Shown here piece after piece: positions 63,646-64,000 of a stretch of 64,000 nt of DNA (positions are counted from its first letter, which is position 1; every line of letters begins with the position of its first letter). The position numbers were made by a program, and so were the translations under genes. Under the pieces are notes generated by a model. That model had not been told where the DNA came from. It saw only the letters and a list, made by a program, of their open reading frames with translations, and searched no databases. The stretch spans positions 6,824-70,823 of the forward strand of contig PFEU01000008.1 in the NCBI GenBank assembly GCA_002793515.1, read 5' to 3'. Source of the DNA: Candidatus Uhrbacteria bacterium CG10_big_fil_rev_8_21_14_0_10_48_16 (GTDB taxonomy: Bacteria; Patescibacteriota; Patescibacteriia; UBA9934; GWF2-40-263).

Positions 63646-64000
63646 ATGTCAGACGAGACAACACAATCATCAGAGGAAAAGGACGTTGAAGAAACCATCG
63701 TTCCTGTCACAGATGAAACCCAAGAGGCCGTGACCCCAGAAGCTCCTGCTCTTGCATACAAAGAAAAGATGTTTGGAATGGACGATCTCCAAGCCGGACA
63801 AACCGTTCGTCTTCATGAGCGCATCCAGGATGTTTCTCCAAAAGGAGAGGTCCGTGAGCGTATTCAAGTCTTCGAAGGAATGATCCTCGCGTTAGGTGGA
63901 TCTGGTGTTTCGCGAACGATCACCTTGAGAAAGATCAGCAACGGAGTAGGAGTCGAGAAAATCTATCCGATCAACTCTCCTCTTGTATCCAAGATCGAAC
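63646..64000 (+). CDS. rplS: Ribosomal protein L19 (5' part; runs off the right edge) with an acidic N-terminal extension
   Basis: From the ATG at 63646: MSDETTQSSEEKDVEE…GQTVRLHERIQDVSPKGEVRERIQVFEGMILALGGSGVSRTITLRKISNGVGVEKIYPINSPLVSKIE, which aligns to the L19 core (…RIQ.FEG…TVRKIS.G.GVE…SP…I). No stop inside the window, so it is absent from the ORF track. Confidence 0.85.
   Translation, partial: MSDETTQSSEEKDVEETIVPVTDETQEAVTPEAPALAYKEKMFGMDDLQAGQTVRLHERIQDVSPKGEVRERIQVFEGMILALGGSGVSRTITLRKISNGVGVEKIYPINSPLVSKIE

Overview
This 64 kb window looks like a moderate-GC (roughly 45-50% by eye) bacterial chromosome with tightly packed genes, three strand blocks and no recognisable mobile elements. 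The overall style suggests a Patescibacteria/CPR-like or similar uncultivated bacterium, but that is inference only: giant repetitive secreted proteins, cohesin/dockerin modules, several O-antigen-ligase-family paralogs fused to TPR domains, and many small methyltransferases. Gene content, left to right:

- Positions 1-15.8 kb, minus strand, housekeeping: groES-groEL with a CIRCE operator, an O-antigen-ligase-family protein, yidC, nusA, a YraN-family endonuclease, a SAM methyltransferase, tRNA-Val(UAC), a large membrane protein, tRNA-Leu(GAG), a DAG-kinase-family lipid kinase, bactofilin, argS and valS.
- 15.96-18.26 kb, plus strand: one strikingly GC-rich gene (roughly 60-65% GC) encoding a lipoprotein with four Cys-rich 'putative metal-binding' repeats followed by FG-GAP beta-propeller repeats. 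It has its own terminator and is a strong candidate for horizontal acquisition from a high-GC lineage.
- 18.4-19.6 kb: a DHH phosphoesterase.
- 19.6-33.9 kb, minus strand, a cell-surface island: a Wzy_C+TPR membrane protein, a 2124-aa giant secreted repeat protein with nested coding tandem repeats, then three adjacent secreted proteins forming a cohesin / dockerin / cohesin trio. The island is capped by an initiating polyprenyl-phosphate sugar transferase.
- 33.9-59.5 kb, plus strand, a roughly 26 kb glycan biosynthesis locus. Contents: UDP-sugar epimerase; several GT4 and GT2 glycosyltransferases; Wzm/Wzt ABC exporter (Wzt carries a C-terminal carbohydrate-binding extension); a sialic-acid-like module (NeuB synthase, TylF-like O-methyltransferase, NeuA CMP-transferase, 2-hydroxyacid dehydrogenase); a GDP-amino-deoxyhexose module (Gmd, FdtA-like cupin, two methyltransferases, DegT aminotransferase); a 638-aa unknown protein with an HP-motif C-terminal domain, a candidate novel nonulosonic-acid/Kdo-type transferase; another Wzy_C+TPR protein. 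Seven SAM methyltransferases in total.
- 59.5-64 kb: CCA-adding enzyme; a shared terminator; an unexplained ~145-nt GC-rich structured element abutting tRNA-Val(GAC); two small membrane ORFs; an unusual tRNA-Ile with anticodon UAU; an RluA-family pseudouridine synthase; gmk; the start of rplS.

No CRISPR array, rRNA, transposase, integrase or phage gene was seen. Several starts in the ORF track are TTG/GTG artefacts and have been trimmed to downstream ATG codons.
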